A stretch of DNA of 64,000 nucleotides from an archaeon (lineage in GTDB: Archaea; Aenigmatarchaeota; Aenigmatarchaeia; GW2011-AR5), in assembly GCA_028279825.1 (NCBI GenBank), contig JANQNA010000008.1, positions 35,173 to 99,172 on the forward strand, given 5' to 3'. Positions within the stretch are counted from its first letter, which is position 1. Each line of letters opens with the position of its first letter. Both the position numbers and the translations under genes were made by a program. Below are positions 30,610-39,951 of the stretch, in pieces. The notes under the pieces were generated by a model, which saw only the letters and a list, made by a program, of their open reading frames with translations, was not told the origin of the DNA and did no database searches.

Positions 30610-30996
30610 CTAGAAGATTACCAGGACGATTCCCATGACGATAAAGGACAGAAGGGAATAACCGTTGTTTATGGAATACCACTTGGCTGTTTTGCCTTCC
30701 CACAGGACACCTGCGGAACTTGTTGTTGCAACAAAACCAAGCCATGCAAGAGCTCCTATAAGAGCACCGGCAGGGGCGGTTGTTGCGCCTGCGTAGCCGA
30801 CAAACATATTCAAAACGTAGGCCAAAATCAGGGTACTAACAACCATTGCAACGTATCCTGGTCCCATATTCTTCTTTTTCTTCGTTTTTCTCAGTCCCAG
30901 TTCTTTCATCCATGAGTCACCGAAGGCCATAGGCGAGTACCAGATCATTCCGATCACGATACTTGCTATTGCCGCGGCAACGACATCTACTACCAT
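30610..30996 (-). CDS. DUF1761-family membrane protein
   Basis: IGMIWYSP.AFG..WM, AWLGF, INNGY. Confidence 0.8.
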   Translation of the reverse strand: MVVDVVAAAIASIVIGMIWYSPMAFGDSWMKELGLRKTKKKKNMGPGYVAMVVSTLILAYVLNMFVGYAGATTAPAGALIGALAWLGFVATTSSAGVLWEGKTAKWYSINNGYSLLSFIVMGIVLVIF

Positions 30997-31053
30997 ATGC
31001 CTATTTGGTTTTTGGATAACTTAAACCGTCTTCCATGTAGATATAATATAGCA

Positions 31054-31344
31054 TTATTGGCTACGCCAGGCTTCCATGCCGCCTGACAGCGTGGCTACTT
31101 CGTAACCCAGGCCTTTCAGGAACCTTCTGGCCTTTTCTGCACGAATCCCGTGCTCACAAACAGTGACAACCATCTTGTCCTTGGGAACTGCCTTCTCTAT
31201 ATTATCAGCGTCAAAAGAACTTATCGGCAAATTTACGCTATTGTGGATGTGATCTGCCTCGTATTCCCAGGGCTCGCGCACGTCCAGAATAAACACGTCA
31301 TTCTTTTCAATTCTCTCTTTGAGTCCCTTAACGTTGATTTCCAT
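31054..31344 (-). CDS. rhodanese-like sulfurtransferase
   Basis: LDVREPWEY..HI, VCEHGIRA, LSGGMEAW. Confidence 0.9.
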   Translation of the reverse strand: MEINVKGLKERIEKNDVFILDVREPWEYEADHIHNSVNLPISSFDADNIEKAVPKDKMVVTVCEHGIRAEKARRFLKGLGYEVATLSGGMEAWRSQ

Positions 31345-31376
31345 AAAATTACTCACTTTTAGAATTTATAAGAATC

Positions 31377-31673
31377 TTATTCTGTTTTTTCCACTCTAAG
31401 TATTGGTTTTTTGATGTTCTGGGCAAAACCTTTCAATGCTTCTACCTGTGTGGCATGAGCTGGTTCTCCTTTAATGCGATCTGCATAATCCAGCCTGTGC
31501 AACGTCCTGTCAATCCTGCCGATTGGATCGCGAACCATTTCATACACGTGTGGTTCAGGGTGATTCCTGGCGACTGTTACTTCTCCTGTAGTATTGTCCA
31601 CAGAATAGCCGTTCTTTGCCAGTACATGGCGTAAGCCGAGCAGCTCCAGATCTGTCATAGTTTCGTAGGTCAT
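31377..31673 (-). CDS. hypothetical protein
   Basis: 98-aa ORF. Confidence 0.45.
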   Translation of the reverse strand: MTYETMTDLELLGLRHVLAKNGYSVDNTTGEVTVARNHPEPHVYEMVRDPIGRIDRTLHRLDYADRIKGEPAHATQVEALKGFAQNIKKPILRVEKTE

Positions 31674-31755
31674 CCACTCTACTGCTGCAAAAAGTTTCTT
31701 AAAGCTTCTGCGAAACTTGAGAAACTATAAATATCGCCCAGCGGCATTGTTTAAT

Positions 31756-32580
31756 ATGGCACTCTTCGGCAGGAAGAAGGAAAAGGCGGAATCTTCCCCG
31801 GAGCCCAAAAAAGAGGGTTCTGAGCAAAAAGAAATGAAAGAAATAAAGAAGGAAGTAACCGATAAAAAACCACCCGAAAATGAACCGACTGCCCCGCCCA
31901 GACCCGTCAAAACTGATTTTTTTGAAGATTCTAAGAATAACGATGAAATTACGAATCTGAATATGAAACTGGTTAAGATTATTAATGAAGTTGAGAATGT
32001 CAAGAAAAAAATTGACGAATCGACGTCCAAGACTATCACTGAAGTGAAGAATGTTTACGAGGACGTTGAGAATCTTGCTGACCTTGTAAAACATGTGCCG
32101 CAAGATACGTTGAGGGAGCTAAAATCGATAAAACGCAATCTGCCGATGGTTTACAGCGATATTAAGCAGTCTGTAGGGGAGCACGTGACGGCTTCTGTCG
32201 TTAGTGTCATAGATAGTAATATACTGAAGACTATAGCGGCTGCCGGAAGCCTGAATAGCAAGGATCTATTGGATAATATAATCAAGAACCACGTTTGCTC
32301 TAAAAACACACTTTACATACACCTGGCAAAGCTGGAGCAACAGGGGTTAATTCTTAAGAAAAGACAGGTACACGAAGTCTACTATTCTGTAACAGACAAA
32401 ATTAAACAGGACCTGGCTAAGGCCAAAGGCCCTGAAAATAAGGTCTCTGGTCAAAGTGGTTCACCCAAAGACTCAAAACAACCCGCTGCACAAGAGAATA
32501 AGGCGCCGGAGGCGCCTAAGAAGGAAGAAACTAAAGAAGAATCTAAGAAGCCTGAAGAGAAAACATCAACGGCATCATGA
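31756..32580 (+). CDS. coiled-coil/wHTH hypothetical protein
   Basis: MALFGRKK start; SKNTLYIHLAKLEQQGLI..YYSV wHTH; disordered ends. Confidence 0.65.
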   Translation: MALFGRKKEKAESSPEPKKEGSEQKEMKEIKKEVTDKKPPENEPTAPPRPVKTDFFEDSKNNDEITNLNMKLVKIINEVENVKKKIDESTSKTITEVKNVYEDVENLADLVKHVPQDTLRELKSIKRNLPMVYSDIKQSVGEHVTASVVSVIDSNILKTIAAAGSLNSKDLLDNIIKNHVCSKNTLYIHLAKLEQQGLILKKRQVHEVYYSVTDKIKQDLAKAKGPENKVSGQSGSPKDSKQPAAQENKAPEAPKKEETKEESKKPEEKTSTAS

Positions 32581-32753
32581 TGAACTATTCAAAACTGAAA
32601 TGGTATCACATGGGACTGATAAAGCTGAGCACAGCCGCTTTTGTTCTTATGATAGCAAAAGCCTGGCCACCACTACTTTCAGCTGACCTGTATGTGTATG
32701 CAGCTATCTTTGTCCTGGCGGCCCTGATACCAATTTTCAAAGTGTTCAAGTGA
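32577..32753 (+). CDS. 58-aa membrane microprotein
   Basis: MMNYSKLKWYHMGLIKLSTAAFVLMIAKAWPPLL...; ATGA-coupled to upstream gene. Confidence 0.6.
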   Translation: MMNYSKLKWYHMGLIKLSTAAFVLMIAKAWPPLLSADLYVYAAIFVLAALIPIFKVFK

Positions 32754-32757
32754 CAAC

Positions 32758-32991
32758 ATGTTGATTGAGGGTTTGTTTCCAAACGGTTACTGCGGATCAT
32801 TTAGGAATGGGACTGGCCCAAACAACTTTGGAGAGACTTTTTTTAGAAAACAAATGCTCAGAGAGCTGAAAGGACAGGAACTAGAGAATCCATGCGTGTA
32901 TTGTATCGAAAGAAGATGCCAGAGAAGACACGGTAATGCTGACAGGGAAATGTACAGAGCTTTAGTAAAAATGGCAAGAGAAGCTACCTAA
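32758..32991 (+). CDS. hypothetical Cys-containing protein
   Basis: 77 aa with CVYC..RC. Confidence 0.4.
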   Translation: MLIEGLFPNGYCGSFRNGTGPNNFGETFFRKQMLRELKGQELENPCVYCIERRCQRRHGNADREMYRALVKMAREAT

Positions 32992-33532
32992 TTAACCTAC
33001 TAACTTTCTTGAATTCGTCTGTTCCTGCTTTTTCCATCAACTGGAACAACACCATTTCTGAAGAAACAACGAATACACCGGACTGGCGAAGCCTGTCCAT
33101 AGCTAAAGATTTGTCTTCATGAGAGCGGGAAGAAGTCGCGTCAGCTACCACGTAAACACGGCGGCCGTGTTTCAGGGCTCCCAAAGCTGTTTTGAGAACG
33201 CAAATATGACTTTCTATACCGTAGATTACGAGGTGGTATATGCCAAGCTCGTTTATCATTTCAACGAACTTATCTGATTCAAAACAGTCAAACTCTGTTT
33301 TTTCTATCTTGTGGGCATTCTCGGGTACGTAAACGGTTTTTATGGTAGAACCCAGGCCTGTTGGATACTGTTCCGTGACTATTAACGGTATTTTCATTGC
33401 CTCTGCTGCCTTGTTCAGGGTGTTGGCATTGTCTATTACCTTGTCGAGCTCGTTTATGACAGGGCCAAGCCTGTCCTGTAGGTCAATAAGAACAAAAGCG
33501 GTTTTCTCACGGTCGGGCAAACCCAGATCCAT
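32984..33532 (-). CDS. isochorismatase/YcaC-like hydrolase
   Basis: LIDLQ, TEQYP.GLG.T, EK, GIESHICV, SEMVLFQL. Confidence 0.9.
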   Translation of the reverse strand: MDLGLPDREKTAFVLIDLQDRLGPVINELDKVIDNANTLNKAAEAMKIPLIVTEQYPTGLGSTIKTVYVPENAHKIEKTEFDCFESDKFVEMINELGIYHLVIYGIESHICVLKTALGALKHGRRVYVVADATSSRSHEDKSLAMDRLRQSGVFVVSSEMVLFQLMEKAGTDEFKKVSRLIR

Positions 33533-33626
33533 AACCTACACTTGGTCATGAATCTATAAAAATTTGAAAACGACAGCCGAAAGCAGCAGGACTGTAAGAT
33601 AAAAACACCTGAAAACAATTATTAGC

Positions 33627-34217
33627 ATGGTTTTTGGATTCGGGAGGAAAGAATCTATTGCTGACTCGTTTAAGCTGGACCGTGTATTTGACGCAGCACA
33701 AAATACCATAAACACCTATCAACTGCTTGTTGTGCCTGTTATCGGAAAAGAAGAATTTGCAAAGAGGGTCATGACAAGATTCATGCTCAAACTGGAAAAA
33801 AACAAGGTAAACCTGAGCAAAGAAACACTCGAAGAGGTATATTCAAGGATAGGTACTATGATAGTAGAGAAGGGTATTGACGGGTATTTTTTGATGGATT
33901 ATTTGACCACGCTTGGTGAACGTGAATCTGACATACTCAAGGCTCTTCGCGATCATATCGACCTTTTCAGGATAATACTTGAGCAGGAAGAGAGATTTTC
34001 GCCAGAACACAGGATTATCACAGATAAGGAATTTGAAAAACTTGCCAAAATGCTTGCAGATGTGTTCAAGCACGTTGATACTGCCTTCCCAAGACCGTAC
34101 TTTGAAGTTGCTCAATTGAGAAAACAAATGGAAAAACGGTTCAAGGAATACGTAAGTTTCATGGATGCCTCCAACAAAGAACCGAAAAAAAATGATGACG
34201 ACGTCTGGCTTTACTGA
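33627..34217 (+). CDS. hypothetical protein
   Basis: 196-aa ORF. Confidence 0.65.
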   Translation: MVFGFGRKESIADSFKLDRVFDAAQNTINTYQLLVVPVIGKEEFAKRVMTRFMLKLEKNKVNLSKETLEEVYSRIGTMIVEKGIDGYFLMDYLTTLGERESDILKALRDHIDLFRIILEQEERFSPEHRIITDKEFEKLAKMLADVFKHVDTAFPRPYFEVAQLRKQMEKRFKEYVSFMDASNKEPKKNDDDVWLY

Positions 34218-34244
34218 TTTATAGTTTTTTGATATTAATTTTAT

Positions 34245-34658
34245 ATGATCAATTCTTACGGTTTTGACGTCTTCATCGGCAATGCTGCTCATGACAATGG
34301 AGAAGTTTATCCTACAAGGTTAGATCTTCATACAGGCGAGGCAACTACTCTTGCACCAATGCCTGAGCATGTATTGCTTGGCTTAATACGTGATGAGGTC
34401 CGGGAAGGAAAAAAGGTTCTTTTAGATAGAAGTCCTGGAAGCGAAGACGGTTGTTTTGCATATCCAGCCAGGGAATACGAGCCGTTTGGCCGTTCAGTAC
34501 TGAAAGAACTTATGAGATCGTACAGAGAGGCGAATACAGTTAATTCTAATGATCCATTCTATTTTCTTGCAGCCGTAGAAGCGACAGAAATCTTCAGGCG
34601 CGTGGCTGAAGACAGGCTAGATGAGTTGGAGAGTAATGACGCGGAGACAAAAGTATAA
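34245..34658 (+). CDS. hypothetical protein
   Basis: 137-aa ORF. Confidence 0.5.
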   Translation: MINSYGFDVFIGNAAHDNGEVYPTRLDLHTGEATTLAPMPEHVLLGLIRDEVREGKKVLLDRSPGSEDGCFAYPAREYEPFGRSVLKELMRSYREANTVNSNDPFYFLAAVEATEIFRRVAEDRLDELESNDAETKV

Positions 34659-34659
34659 A

Positions 34660-35064
34660 ATGCAGGAATTATGGGCCATGCTTGAAACAGCTTTTCCTAA
34701 ACCGCCTTACCTGCTTCGCAGATATAATTATGAACAGTTTTTTGTGCACCGCACAGGAGTTTTCGAGGATCTTCCTGATTCCGATGACGTGAGATCAATA
34801 GCTTATCGTTATTTCCGGGGGCTTAGATACAATATTTTTACTGATCAAAGTGGTTTATTGCAGGGAGTTGATTCTGGCGATACTGTTATAGGATTTCCAA
34901 ATGACCATTTTTTGGGCCTGAGCCATGAATATCCTTCGGTTGTGATCAGCACGGGGTGGAGAGGACCGCCGGCTACAGAAAAACAGGCACAAAGATACGT
35001 TGATTTCACAATACATTACCTGGATTCTGTAGAAATTCTTACAGAAGCGGCATTTTTTGACTAA
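34660..35064 (+). CDS. hypothetical protein
   Basis: ORF starting MQELW immediately after the previous stop. Confidence 0.5.
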   Translation: MQELWAMLETAFPKPPYLLRRYNYEQFFVHRTGVFEDLPDSDDVRSIAYRYFRGLRYNIFTDQSGLLQGVDSGDTVIGFPNDHFLGLSHEYPSVVISTGWRGPPATEKQAQRYVDFTIHYLDSVEILTEAAFFD

Positions 35065-35174
35065 AATATCGATTTTCCGGAGTATATTTAACTATATATA
35101 TAACCTACGTACATAGTAGTAGCTGTAGAAAAATGTAATTTCTCTGTAATTCGTCGGTAGTAACGGTGACATAA

Positions 35175-35318
35175 GTGGGAAAGCGGAAAAAAACAACGAG
35201 CAAATACGCAAAACAGTTTATCGAAACGTGGGAGTGTAGGGGTTGTAATTTTCAATGGAGCTATAGAACTGTCAAATGCCCTCTATGCTATTCAATCGAG
35301 ACGATAAAAATTGTATAG
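35175..35318 (+). CDS. 47-aa zinc-ribbon microprotein
   Basis: MGKRKKTTSKYAKQFIETWECRGCNFQWSYRTVKCPLCYSIETIKIV; GGTGA RBS, GTG start, T-rich terminator. Confidence 0.7.
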   Translation: MGKRKKTTSKYAKQFIETWECRGCNFQWSYRTVKCPLCYSIETIKIV

Positions 35319-35332
35319 ATATTATTTTTCTT

Positions 35333-35669
35333 TTCTTTTTCTACAAATTTTGTGCCTCTTGGGAATCTTTAAATAGTATTGACTGTATAGTAGTAACAAG
35401 GGTGTGGAAAAATGTCGTTCAGAGAATTTATGGGAAGATATGCGAAACCCACTTTGGGTGCGGCTGTTGGTGCAGTTACTCTTGCTGCTCTTGATCCGTT
35501 TATATCACAGATGCTGGACATTCCTTATGATTCGATGACTGTTGCTATAGGTGCTGTTGACGGCGCGTATTCGGGTGCGGTTCTAGCGGCGAACCCTAGA
35601 TGCGCTCAAAGAGAAGTACCGAGAAGTGAACCCCCAGTCTATTTGCTTTAGATTCTTTTTCTACAAATT
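35333..35669 (+). repeat. 17-bp direct repeat TTCTTTTTCTACAAATT flanking a promoter+ORF cassette
   Basis: Copies at 35333-35349 and 35653-35669. Confidence 0.7.
35412..35651 (+). CDS. small hydrophobic hypothetical protein
   Basis: 79 aa, lies between the 17-bp repeats. Confidence 0.5.
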   Translation: MSFREFMGRYAKPTLGAAVGAVTLAALDPFISQMLDIPYDSMTVAIGAVDGAYSGAVLAANPRCAQREVPRSEPPVYLL

Positions 35670-35702
35670 CTGGTTTAAAAAGGTTGGTGGAATAACCTGA
35701 TC

Positions 35703-36080
35703 ATGGCAACATTCGGTGAATTCTTTGATCGTGTCGCAAATACAAGATTTGAGGATGCGCTTAATTTTTTTGAAATGTGGATAGGTTCAGCTACAGAAGA
35801 CGAATGGACTTCTTATCGGCAACAGGAGCTCACACCTGAACTTGTTCGGCGTTTTGCCGTCGATGTCACAAATTACTTCTCGAGTATATCAAGATATTTG
35901 AAGGAAGGTGCATACAGACACCTTACACTAACTTACAGTACATTCATACGTGGAGTTCATGAACATGCCACAGATCTTGGTGTTGTTATTCCTTTGAGAG
36001 ATGTCAAAGGACCTGCAGGTTATGAGGCTCAGATGAGATGGCTGACTTATGAGAGAGTACCGGAAAACTTTCAAGAATAA
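35703..36080 (+). CDS. hypothetical protein
   Basis: 125-aa ORF with TTTAAAA about 25 nt upstream. Confidence 0.5.
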   Translation: MATFGEFFDRVANTRFEDALNFFEMWIGSATEDEWTSYRQQELTPELVRRFAVDVTNYFSSISRYLKEGAYRHLTLTYSTFIRGVHEHATDLGVVIPLRDVKGPAGYEAQMRWLTYERVPENFQE

Positions 36081-36175
36081 GCTATTTTTTGGGTACACAT
36101 TGATTAGGTGCCCATTTTATTTATAGATTTTCGGAATTCCAAGTTTTTTATAGTTTTGATTATGAATAGAAGCCG

Positions 36176-37873
36176 ATGAAACTTATTGTAGTCGTCGGCG
36201 GCGTCATATCAGGCGTCGGAAAGGGTATTGCAACTGCTTCTATCGGAAAGATTCTACAACAGTATGGTTATTCTGTAACGGCTGTCAAGATTGACCCATA
36301 CATTAACTTTGATGCAGGAACTATGAGACCAACAGAACATGGAGAGGTATGGGTGACAGACGATGGCGGTGAAATAGACCAGGATTTAGGCAATTATGAA
36401 CGGTTCTTTGGTTATGAGATACCGAAGAAGAACAACATAACGACCGGACAGGTATATAGAGAGTTAATAGACAAGGAAAGAAGCGGCGGGTTTTTAGGAC
36501 AAACGGTTGAAGTCATTCCCCACGTGCCTAATGAGATAAAAAGAAGAATAAAGGAGTCGGGAAAAGATTATGATTTTGTTATAGTAGAGATAGGCGGCAC
36601 TTTGGGAGAATATCAGAACTTACCGTATCTTTTCGCTGCAAAGAGCCTGGAATTAGAATTAGGCAAGGAAAATGTTGCCTATGTTCTGGTATCATTTTTG
36701 CCAATTCCGCACAATATTGGTGAAATGAAGACAAAACCAACACAACTGGCAATAAAACTTCTCAACGAGGCGGGCATATTTCCTGACTTCGTATTATGCC
36801 GTGGAAGAGAAAGACTGGATGAAGTGAGGAGAAATAAGCTTGAACAGAACGCCAACATTGCCACGGGCTGCGTATTTTCTGCTCCTGACGTGAAGAGTGT
36901 TTATAGAGTGCCTCTGAATTTTGAGGCTGAAAAGTTTGGTTCAAAATTGTTAGGCAGAATGAATCTTGAGGCTAAAAAACAGCCTGACTGGAATACCTGG
37001 AGAAAAATCACGGAAACGATAGAAAATCCTGAAAAGACTCTGAAAATCGGCATGATTGGCAAGTATGTTGACATAGGAAGTTTTGCTTTAACAGACTCAT
37101 ACATCTCTGTTAATGAGTCATTGAAACATGCAGGCGCGCATGTTGGCGTTGGCGTGGAGATAGAATGGGTTGATGCCAAACAGATTGAAAAAGAAGGGAC
37201 AGATGTGCTGAAAGACTTCAACGGTATAATCGTACCGGGAGGTTTTGGAGGTTCCGGCGTGGAGGGCAAGATAGCTGCGGTAAAATACGCTAGAGAAAAT
37301 AATCTGCCGTTTCTTGGTCTTTGTTATGGTCTGCAAATGGCCGTCATAGAATATGCCCGCAACGTCTGCAATCTTGGAAATGCTCATACAACAGAGGTTG
37401 AACCAAAAACACCTCACCCTGTTATAGACATTCTGCCTACGCAAAAGGCCCTGATGGAGAAGAGTGAATATGGCGGGACAATGAGACTTGGTGCTTATGC
37501 GGCCGTACTGAAAGAAAGTACAAAGGTGTTTGATCTTTACAAGAAAACAGGAAGACTGGAGAAAGACGGCAACAAAGTAATCCAGATAAATGAAGAGTTT
37601 AGATTAGGAAAGAACACGGGAACGCTTGTACTTGAGAGGCACAGGCATCGTTATGAGGTGAATCCTCTCTATGTTGAGCAATTAGAGAAGGCCGGCCTTG
37701 TTTTTGGCGGGTTTCATACCAGACATGACGGAACAAACCTTATGGAGTTCTGTGAACTGCCAAATCATTTGTTTTTTGTAGCTACACAGGCACACCCGGA
37801 GTTCAAAAGCCAGCCGGAAGACCCGTCTCCGCTATTTCTTGGATTTGTGGAAGCCGCAAACAGCTTTAAATAG
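36176..37873 (+). CDS. pyrG: CTP synthase
   Basis: GGVISGVGKG, KIDPY, KTKPTQ, GLCYG, ERHRHRYE, QAHPEF. Confidence 0.97.
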   Translation: MKLIVVVGGVISGVGKGIATASIGKILQQYGYSVTAVKIDPYINFDAGTMRPTEHGEVWVTDDGGEIDQDLGNYERFFGYEIPKKNNITTGQVYRELIDKERSGGFLGQTVEVIPHVPNEIKRRIKESGKDYDFVIVEIGGTLGEYQNLPYLFAAKSLELELGKENVAYVLVSFLPIPHNIGEMKTKPTQLAIKLLNEAGIFPDFVLCRGRERLDEVRRNKLEQNANIATGCVFSAPDVKSVYRVPLNFEAEKFGSKLLGRMNLEAKKQPDWNTWRKITETIENPEKTLKIGMIGKYVDIGSFALTDSYISVNESLKHAGAHVGVGVEIEWVDAKQIEKEGTDVLKDFNGIIVPGGFGGSGVEGKIAAVKYARENNLPFLGLCYGLQMAVIEYARNVCNLGNAHTTEVEPKTPHPVIDILPTQKALMEKSEYGGTMRLGAYAAVLKESTKVFDLYKKTGRLEKDGNKVIQINEEFRLGKNTGTLVLERHRHRYEVNPLYVEQLEKAGLVFGGFHTRHDGTNLMEFCELPNHLFFVATQAHPEFKSQPEDPSPLFLGFVEAANSFK

Positions 37874-37918
37874 TTGTTCTCTTGAATGAAGAATCAGAAA
37901 CCAAAGAGGTGAAACCTA

Positions 37919-38017
37919 ATGAAGTTCAAATATGAAGATGAGGACTTAGACGGTGACGACGAATTCGACGGTGATGACGACGATTTCGGAGACGAAGATG
38001 ACGATGACGTCGAATAA
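37919..38017 (+). CDS. 32-aa hyper-acidic microprotein
   Basis: MKFKYEDEDLDGDDEFDGDDDDFGDEDDDDVE; GAGGTGA RBS and downstream T-tract. Confidence 0.6.
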   Translation: MKFKYEDEDLDGDDEFDGDDDDFGDEDDDDVE

Positions 38018-38068
38018 ATGAAATTTTTTCTTTTTTGTTTCATTCCTTCTAAATATTTTCTACAAAAA

Positions 38069-38659
38069 TTATCTATTGCACAATTCATCTATGACTTCAG
38101 CATCAAGATTATGCCCAAAAACTTCCATGGCTTTCTTTTCAGGCCATCCGTGCCATTTTGACATATCAATGGAATCTATGTTTATAGACAGACCGTCTTC
38201 TCCCTTTAACACGTGGTATGCCAGTGCCACGCATACCAAGTAACTAACACCTGCTATGTCAATTTTCTCTATGCCATCACTTAACAATCGTTCTTTTAGA
38301 AGCATTTCTTGTTCTCCATAACCAGGGACAGGTGATATATACGTCATTCCTGGAAAATGACTTCTGATTGCAGGATGTATTAACATAGAATCAGGTGTTG
38401 TACTGTTTAAACCTAGAAAATAAACCCGTCTACCCTGTTCAGTGTATCTTCCTATCTCTTTACCAATTCTTTCAAATAGGGGTACCTGATCTGTAAAGTA
38501 ATTAGTCTCTTCACTTAAACTATCCAAATCTTCATACCAAGGTCTTACGTACCAAGCTTCTGTATGAACAACAGCTAGAGCATCACTTTCTGAAGGTCCT
38601 ACTGGTCTCCTTACCCTAGCTATGAATTCTTTCTTACGTTGACTCACTGATTTCACCAT
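38069..38659 (-). CDS. divergent cysteine-hydrolase (isochorismatase-fold)-like protein
   Basis: ALAVVH and IDIAGVSYLVCV patterns. Confidence 0.45.
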   Translation of the reverse strand: MVKSVSQRKKEFIARVRRPVGPSESDALAVVHTEAWYVRPWYEDLDSLSEETNYFTDQVPLFERIGKEIGRYTEQGRRVYFLGLNSTTPDSMLIHPAIRSHFPGMTYISPVPGYGEQEMLLKERLLSDGIEKIDIAGVSYLVCVALAYHVLKGEDGLSINIDSIDMSKWHGWPEKKAMEVFGHNLDAEVIDELCNR

Positions 38660-38774
38660 TTAATTACTACTTATTAGTGATTATATGTATAAAAAGTTTT
38701 TTTGTTTCATATTTAGTTCTTAATTTTTATCTGACTTGAAAATTGCTTAAATACTTTTGTGGTATATCTCTTGC

Positions 38775-39317
38775 ATGGCAAGAAGAGCAAATCCTCGTTA
38801 TAATTTTGTCCTACCTGTTGATAGCTCCGGAATACCGGGGTTTGAAAAGTGGGTAAAACTCAATCCCAAGGAAGCTCATGATATTTACGTTTTTGGTGCC
38901 TATTTAGACGAAGCCGGTAAATGTGTCGTGGGCATGCCGGAAAGAACTAAAGTACGCGCTGTTGGTGACGGAACTGTAAGATCTTCTTACGGCGGCGATG
39001 ACACTCCTGGTAAACTGGAAACACACCGCGGGTTTGTAATTATTGATCACAAACAGCCAGGGGCGCGTTTTTCTGCTTATTACGATATGATACCTTCCGT
39101 AGGCGATGGAGAAGAAGTTAAAAGGGGTACTGTTATTGGACATATGTTTAAGGGACAAGGAAAGGGAGATTTTGCTTATCTCAGATTCCAGTTAGGACGT
39201 GGAACTGACAGACATGACACGTTTATAAGAGGTCCCGTTGACCCTGAGGGCGTCTTCGGGGAGATTACAGACTTATTTGCAGAGCCGCCAATGAGTGCTA
39301 CTGCTACAATTCGTTAA
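38775..39317 (+). CDS. M23 peptidase-like protein with degenerate active site
   Basis: VRAVGDGTV, VIIDH, VGDGEEVKRGTVIG, LRFQL, VDPE. Confidence 0.65.
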   Translation: MARRANPRYNFVLPVDSSGIPGFEKWVKLNPKEAHDIYVFGAYLDEAGKCVVGMPERTKVRAVGDGTVRSSYGGDDTPGKLETHRGFVIIDHKQPGARFSAYYDMIPSVGDGEEVKRGTVIGHMFKGQGKGDFAYLRFQLGRGTDRHDTFIRGPVDPEGVFGEITDLFAEPPMSATATIR

Positions 39318-39367
39318 CTGCTTCTAGAAGTAAGCTATTTATACAAGAGGAAACAAGATAAATCCTC

Positions 39368-39502
39368 GTGGACAAGACAAAAACAAGATGCCAAAGGTGC
39401 AACTTCACCAAAGAGAGCAATTACGATCACGAGATATGCCCTATATGCGGATCGTTTCTACTTTTGTTACCTACGTGGATCAACGGCGACTGCTGCATAT
39501 AG
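39368..39502 (+). CDS. 44-aa CPxCG zinc-finger microprotein
   Basis: MDKTKTRCQRCNFTKESNYDHEICPICGSFLLLLPTWINGDCCI; TTTATA box about 25-30 nt upstream. Confidence 0.6.
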   Translation: MDKTKTRCQRCNFTKESNYDHEICPICGSFLLLLPTWINGDCCI

Positions 39503-39559
39503 CATATAAATGGGTTACCTTTATATACTACCGTGTAGTAACACTATATAGTGGTACTG

Positions 39560-39919
39560 ATGGCGCGATACAGAACAACACCGTTGAAACCTGGTGGTCT
39601 TGTTAAGTCAGGCAGCCCTGCTGCTACCAATTTTCTTGGACAGATCTACAAGCATCTTAGTGATCATCCGGAGATTGTGGAAGTAGATATGGATGCCGTA
39701 GGAGTAGTTGAACCGGAATTGGGTGCAACCGATAAGAGACGGCAGGCTCTGGCAATACGTTATGCTATCAAGCATGCAGAAGATCCAAATGTATATGACC
39801 GTGAAATGGAAAGATTAAAAGGAAGAACTGATGAACAGGTATTGGGTGAATACCTTTCAAATTTTAGACCTAGAAAAAAGAAAACATCGAAAGATGATCC
39901 ACAAGGTAGTTTGTTCTAG
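39560..39919 (+). CDS. hypothetical protein
   Basis: About 119-aa ORF; start uncertain. Confidence 0.5.
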   Translation: MARYRTTPLKPGGLVKSGSPAATNFLGQIYKHLSDHPEIVEVDMDAVGVVEPELGATDKRRQALAIRYAIKHAEDPNVYDREMERLKGRTDEQVLGEYLSNFRPRKKKTSKDDPQGSLF

Positions 39920-39951
39920 CGTTTTAAATAATTTCTTGCTATCTTAGCATC

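Noticed and set aside
35065-35170. Replication origin in the AT-rich spacer
   Set aside because: No ORB repeats or cdc6/orc1; explained as the promoter and leader of the zinc-ribbon gene.
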